Shown here: positions 60,054 through 64,000 of the stretch, in pieces | Layout of the letters: every line of letters begins with the position of its first letter | Position numbering within the stretch: position 1 is the stretch's first letter | NCBI GenBank assembly: GCA_043228905.1 | Contig: JBHGNT010000013.1 | Span: 2,604,001 to 2,668,000, forward strand | DNA length: 64,000 nt | Source of the DNA: Azolla caroliniana | Taxonomy: Eukaryota > Plantae > Polypodiophyta | Direction of reading: 5' to 3' | The notes under the pieces: model-generated | What the model was told of the DNA's origin: nothing | The model's input: only the letters and a program-made list of their open reading frames with translations | Databases searched by the model: none | Position numbers and translations under genes: made by a program

Positions 60054-62985
60054 TGTAAAACAATAGCGTGCAGAAGCAATAGAAAACCAAACACAGAAAC
60101 ATAGGTTTAATGGAGAGCTTGAATATACACAGTACGCGGGAGAGACAGAGAAAGAGCAGAACAACTTAAATCTGTTATCAACAACTCTGTAAAATTCTTT
60201 GTACATACAACGTGCTCAACAACACTATTTATACAAGTCCTGAGAGGACTGACAGAAGTACAATGTACTTCAATGCTCACATGAGCATCTGACACTAACT
60301 ACCTAGTAGTCTAGGCTGCTACTAGGCTTCCGGTTACTACTTGATCTGGCTAACCGGCTCCCCAACTCACCGGCTCACCGATCTGGTTCATCCTTCCGGA
60401 TGCCGATCCGGCTTAGGCTTATTCAGCCAATCTGGATCCGGTTGAGGTTGCCGCTCAACACTCCCCCTCAAGCTCAACTTGAGGTCGGATCGTAGTGTCA
60501 ATCTCCATGGCAGCCGGTCCTTCCACCCGGCTCCTTTTGGCGTCACTTCGCCTCGCTCGCACTCCTCATCCGGTCCTGTCCCGTTTGCCGCGACCCTTCT
60601 GATTTTGCGCACCTCGACCTCCTTGGTTGGCTTGTCTGCTCAACAGGCCCAATTCAGCTCCCTTGCTGCTGTGACTTCGGCGCTTGCCGATTCACCGATT
60701 CCTCCGTGTTGGCGTCGACTTTCGCTGCCTTCTCGCCCTCTTGGCCTTGAATTGATCCGGTTCTTCCAAATCCGTCTGTTGAACAGAATCGGATGTCTCC
60801 AATTCCTTCCAGCTCTTGTCCGAATCAGTCGCTCTCGATTCGTCTTCTGGTTCCAGGCCCTTCACCACATCGGACCATGTTCGAGTCTTGGCCTTCTTCT
60901 TCCGGTCGGCTTTGTCCTTCTTGACTCTGCCATCGCTACCGCTTGTTCCGACTTGTTTGGATGTGTCAACTTCCTTTGTCGACTCAGCTCCTTTATTCTT
61001 CTTGTTTCTCCCTTTGTCGGTTCTTCCCTCACCGGTGCAATCAGTAGTTTCTTTGCCTTTGCCAGTTTCGGTGTCTTTGCCCATTCTCCCCCTCAAGTGT
61101 GGCACGTCGAGATGCTGAACACCAAGCATTTCGGTGAAGTGCTGCAACTTGTCCGACCCAAGCGGTTTGGTGAAGATGTTGGCAACTTGCCGATCCGTAT
61201 GAACATACCGACGTTAGACTTCACCGCTTAGGACACGTGTTGGGATATCGGTCCCTCCGGATGGGATGTCCGGAGATGAATGACGGCAAGCCCGGTTGCG
61301 GTTACGGAACCGGAGGATGAAGAGTACCCGGCATGAAGCCGGATGAAGAGTACCCGGCTACGGAGCCGGATGATGTAGACCCCGGCTACGGAGCCGGATG
61401 ATGAAGACCCGGCTACGGAGCCGGATGATGAAGACCCGGCTACGGAGCCGGATGACGAAGACCCGGCTACGGAGCCAGATGATGAAGACCCGGCTACAGA
61501 GCCGGATGATGTATGTACCCGGAGAGAGATCCGGATGCGGGGACATATTTGTGAATATGTTTGCCAAGGGCCCTTGAGGCTATATTTGTAAATAGCCCGA
61601 AAGTCATATGTGTATAAATATGACTTAGGGCAAACTGTTTGTTGTTGCTGAAAAGTTGCTGCTCATATTTTTCTGTTTTTTCCACTTAGAGGGAGTGAGG
61701 TGAGCAGCCGAGAGAGAGAGAGAGAGAGAGAGACGAAGAGGTCGTGGCCTCTGTGTATTACCGCCGCCTGTGGCGAAGATAGTGAGCTCAAGGTTGTTGC
61801 CTTGTAGCTTCACCATTGTACATCTCTGTTTATAGTGACAGTTGGAGTTTGAGGACTCCCGTGGTTTTTCCCATTTAGGGTTTTCCACGTAAAACATCCT
61901 GTGTACCTCTCTCTCTATTGTCTTCGTGCATTTTGCATTTCCCGTTTTCTGAGAGTTGATCCTTTTCCTCGGTTGTGGCCGAGCGGGTTTTTCAACAACA
62001 CGCTCACGCACGAAGTGGTAGTGCACTTCAATGTGCTTTGTGCAAGCATGGAGGATGGAATACGGGGTTCTTGGCGAGCTGCATGTTGCTCATGTTGTCG
62101 CAGTAGATCAGGATTGGGGATGGCACCTTGATCCGCAGGTCTTGCAGCAGTCGCCGAAACCAAATGGCTTCATAGGTGGCAATGGTAGCGCCCCGGTATT
62201 CAGCCTCAGTGCTCGAAAGGGCCACCGTTGGCTGCTTTTTGCTGCTCCACGCAATCGCCATGCTACCCAAGGAAAACATATAGCCGGAGGTGGATTGATG
62301 ATCCGATGCATTGACAACCCAGTCGACATCGGTGTAGCCAACTAGCTCTTAAGTTATACCATGCTGGTAGAACAGTCCCCGGTCCTTCGTGCCGCTCACA
62401 TATCGCAAAATTCGATGTGCGCACAAAAGGTGCTCCACAATCAGCTTTTGCATATATTGGCTGATTATGCCGACCGGATAACTGATGTCGGGTCAGGTGA
62501 TTGTCAAATATATAAGGTTTCCGACGATTTATTGGAACCGCTTCTCATCACAGGCCGATTCGGTGTGGGGACAGAGCTTTTGGTTCCGGTCTAGGGGTGA
62601 GGAGATCGGTCGGCATTCCGTCATGCCGAACTTGCAAAACATATTCAACACATAGTGTCTTTGTGAGAGCAGTATGCCATCGGGGGTTCGGATCACCTCG
62701 ATCCCAAGGAAATAGTGAAGGTCCCCCAGGTCCTTCATCTCAAATGCGTCCGACAGTTAGGACTTGACGCGGTTGATTTCATCGAGTCCGGGTTTGGTGA
62801 TGACTAGATCATCAACATACAACAAGATGCAAACCGAAACGTCTGGACCTTGCCGGATGAACAACGAAGAGTTGGACTTGGAGACCGCAAACCCCATCTT
62901 ACGCAACCGGTGCGTGATCTTCGCATTCGAAGCTCGGGGGGCTTGTTTCAGACCGTAAAGTGACTTCTTGAGCCGGCACACTTCT
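60054..62985 (-). mobile_element. Decayed copia 3' part: RT/RNase H (61085-62985), 3' extension, PPT 60461-60470, 3' LTR 60054-60460
   Basis: CRLKKSLYGLKQAPR, LLYVDDL, MKDLG.LHYFLGIEV, SSKKQPTVALSSTEAEY, HYHFVRERV, IFTKPL. Confidence 0.85.
61238..61997 (+). mobile_element. Tnt1-like copia solo LTR (760 bp) with expanded 27-bp U3 repeats
   Basis: TGTTGGG...TCAACA; TSD ACACG; homologous to LTR 20304-20938. Confidence 0.92.
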
Positions 62986-62989
62986 CCCT

Positions 62990-64000
62990 TTGCTGAACTT
63001 CATGACTCCGTTCCGGATGCTACCAGTGTAGCCTTCATCGTCTAGCCGATCGGCTGATATTAGGTTTAGTCGAACCTCTGGAACGTGTCAGACATCCTTC
63101 AACAGCAACTTGCATCCGGTTGGTGTTGCCAACCACACGTCTCCTATGCCGACAATTTGGCATGTACCTTCATTCCCTATCCGGACACAATCGTGCTCAC
63201 CGGCTGTGTAGGATGAGAAGCATTTCCGGTCCAGGGTTAGGTGGAACGAAACTCCGGAATCAACAACCCACGTTGTCTCGTCACCGGCAAGGTTCAACTC
63301 ACTCTGCTCAGTGATGAGCATCAACTTCTCTTCACTTGCTGTGATTGCCGTTGTTCCCTTTCGGTCTGGTCCTCGCCGATCCGAACCGTTTCGGTCCGGT
63401 GACTTCTTTGAATCGGTACTGTCGGTTCCCTTGTCCTTCCAGAAATGCTGACAGTTCTTCTAGAAGTGCCCCGGTTTGCCGCAATAGAAGCAAGTGGGCC
63501 TCCCCCTTGACTTTGACCGTGTCCCTAACTTTTCCCGGTTTTGGGGACTGCGGTTCCTTTGTCTTCCGCGTTCTGATTCGGTAAGGAGCACTTTGGGGTC
63601 GGAGATCACCTCTTTGTCTTTCCGACACGCCTCCTCATCTAGCAAGCTCGACTTGACTCTAGCTAGGGACAATTGTTTTCCTTTCGGCCCGGCGTTGCCC
63701 AAAATGACAACTAATGTCTCCCAGCTATCCGGGAGGGAACCGAGCAGGAGCAATGCTAGTACCTCATCAGCGAGGGGTACTTCCAACGATGTTGCCTGGT
63801 GTATCAGCCCCTGGAAGGCATTCATGTGTTTTGCCATACTGGAGCCATCTTGGTATCAGAGTCTTACTAGCTTCTGGAATATCGAAACCCGATTAACAAC
63901 ATTTTTATTCTGAAACATAATGCCGATCTTCTCTCAGAGCTCATGAGCCTTGCTCTCTTCATTGAAGTTGTTGTACAGGCTCATTCGATGAAGCACCATA
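62990..64000 (-). pseudogene. Tnt1-like copia gag-protease remnant (continues beyond window)
   Basis: LLGSLPDSWETLVV, CFYCGKPGHF, WVVDSGVSFH, LLLKDVRH; stops and frameshifts. Confidence 0.88.

Overview
Eukaryotic, repeat-rich nuclear DNA from a land plant. A non-seed plant such as a fern is inferred from Tcn1-type chromoviruses and Tnt1-like copias; this is not proven. Positions 1-33 kb and 52-64 kb are nests of transposons: the right end of a CACTA/CMC-like DNA transposon with cargo genes, a decayed Ty3/gypsy split by five younger insertions with recognisable TSDs, a very young Tcn1-type chromovirus (9174-14953), an intact Tnt1-like copia (20304-25686), and several decayed copias, solo LTRs and LINE remnants. 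The middle holds two convergent host genes: a 5-exon GT34/MNN10-like glycosyltransferase (+) and an intronless AN1 zinc-finger stress-associated protein (-). The most notable observations: (1) three divergent chromovirus-type LTR families carry an antisense tRNA-like Pol III A-box/B-box module at the U3 end with almost identical spacing; (2) the young chromovirus has no tRNA PBS but a 12-nt self-priming complement and a -1 frameshift signal; (3) two inverted-LTR structures occur, a 147-bp foldback with a 5-bp TSD and a ~1.7 kb palindrome with two outward PPT-LTR ends; (4) the CACTA/CMC-like element carries a RING protein and an FCP1-like pseudo-phosphatase. All alignments were made by eye; no database searches were run.
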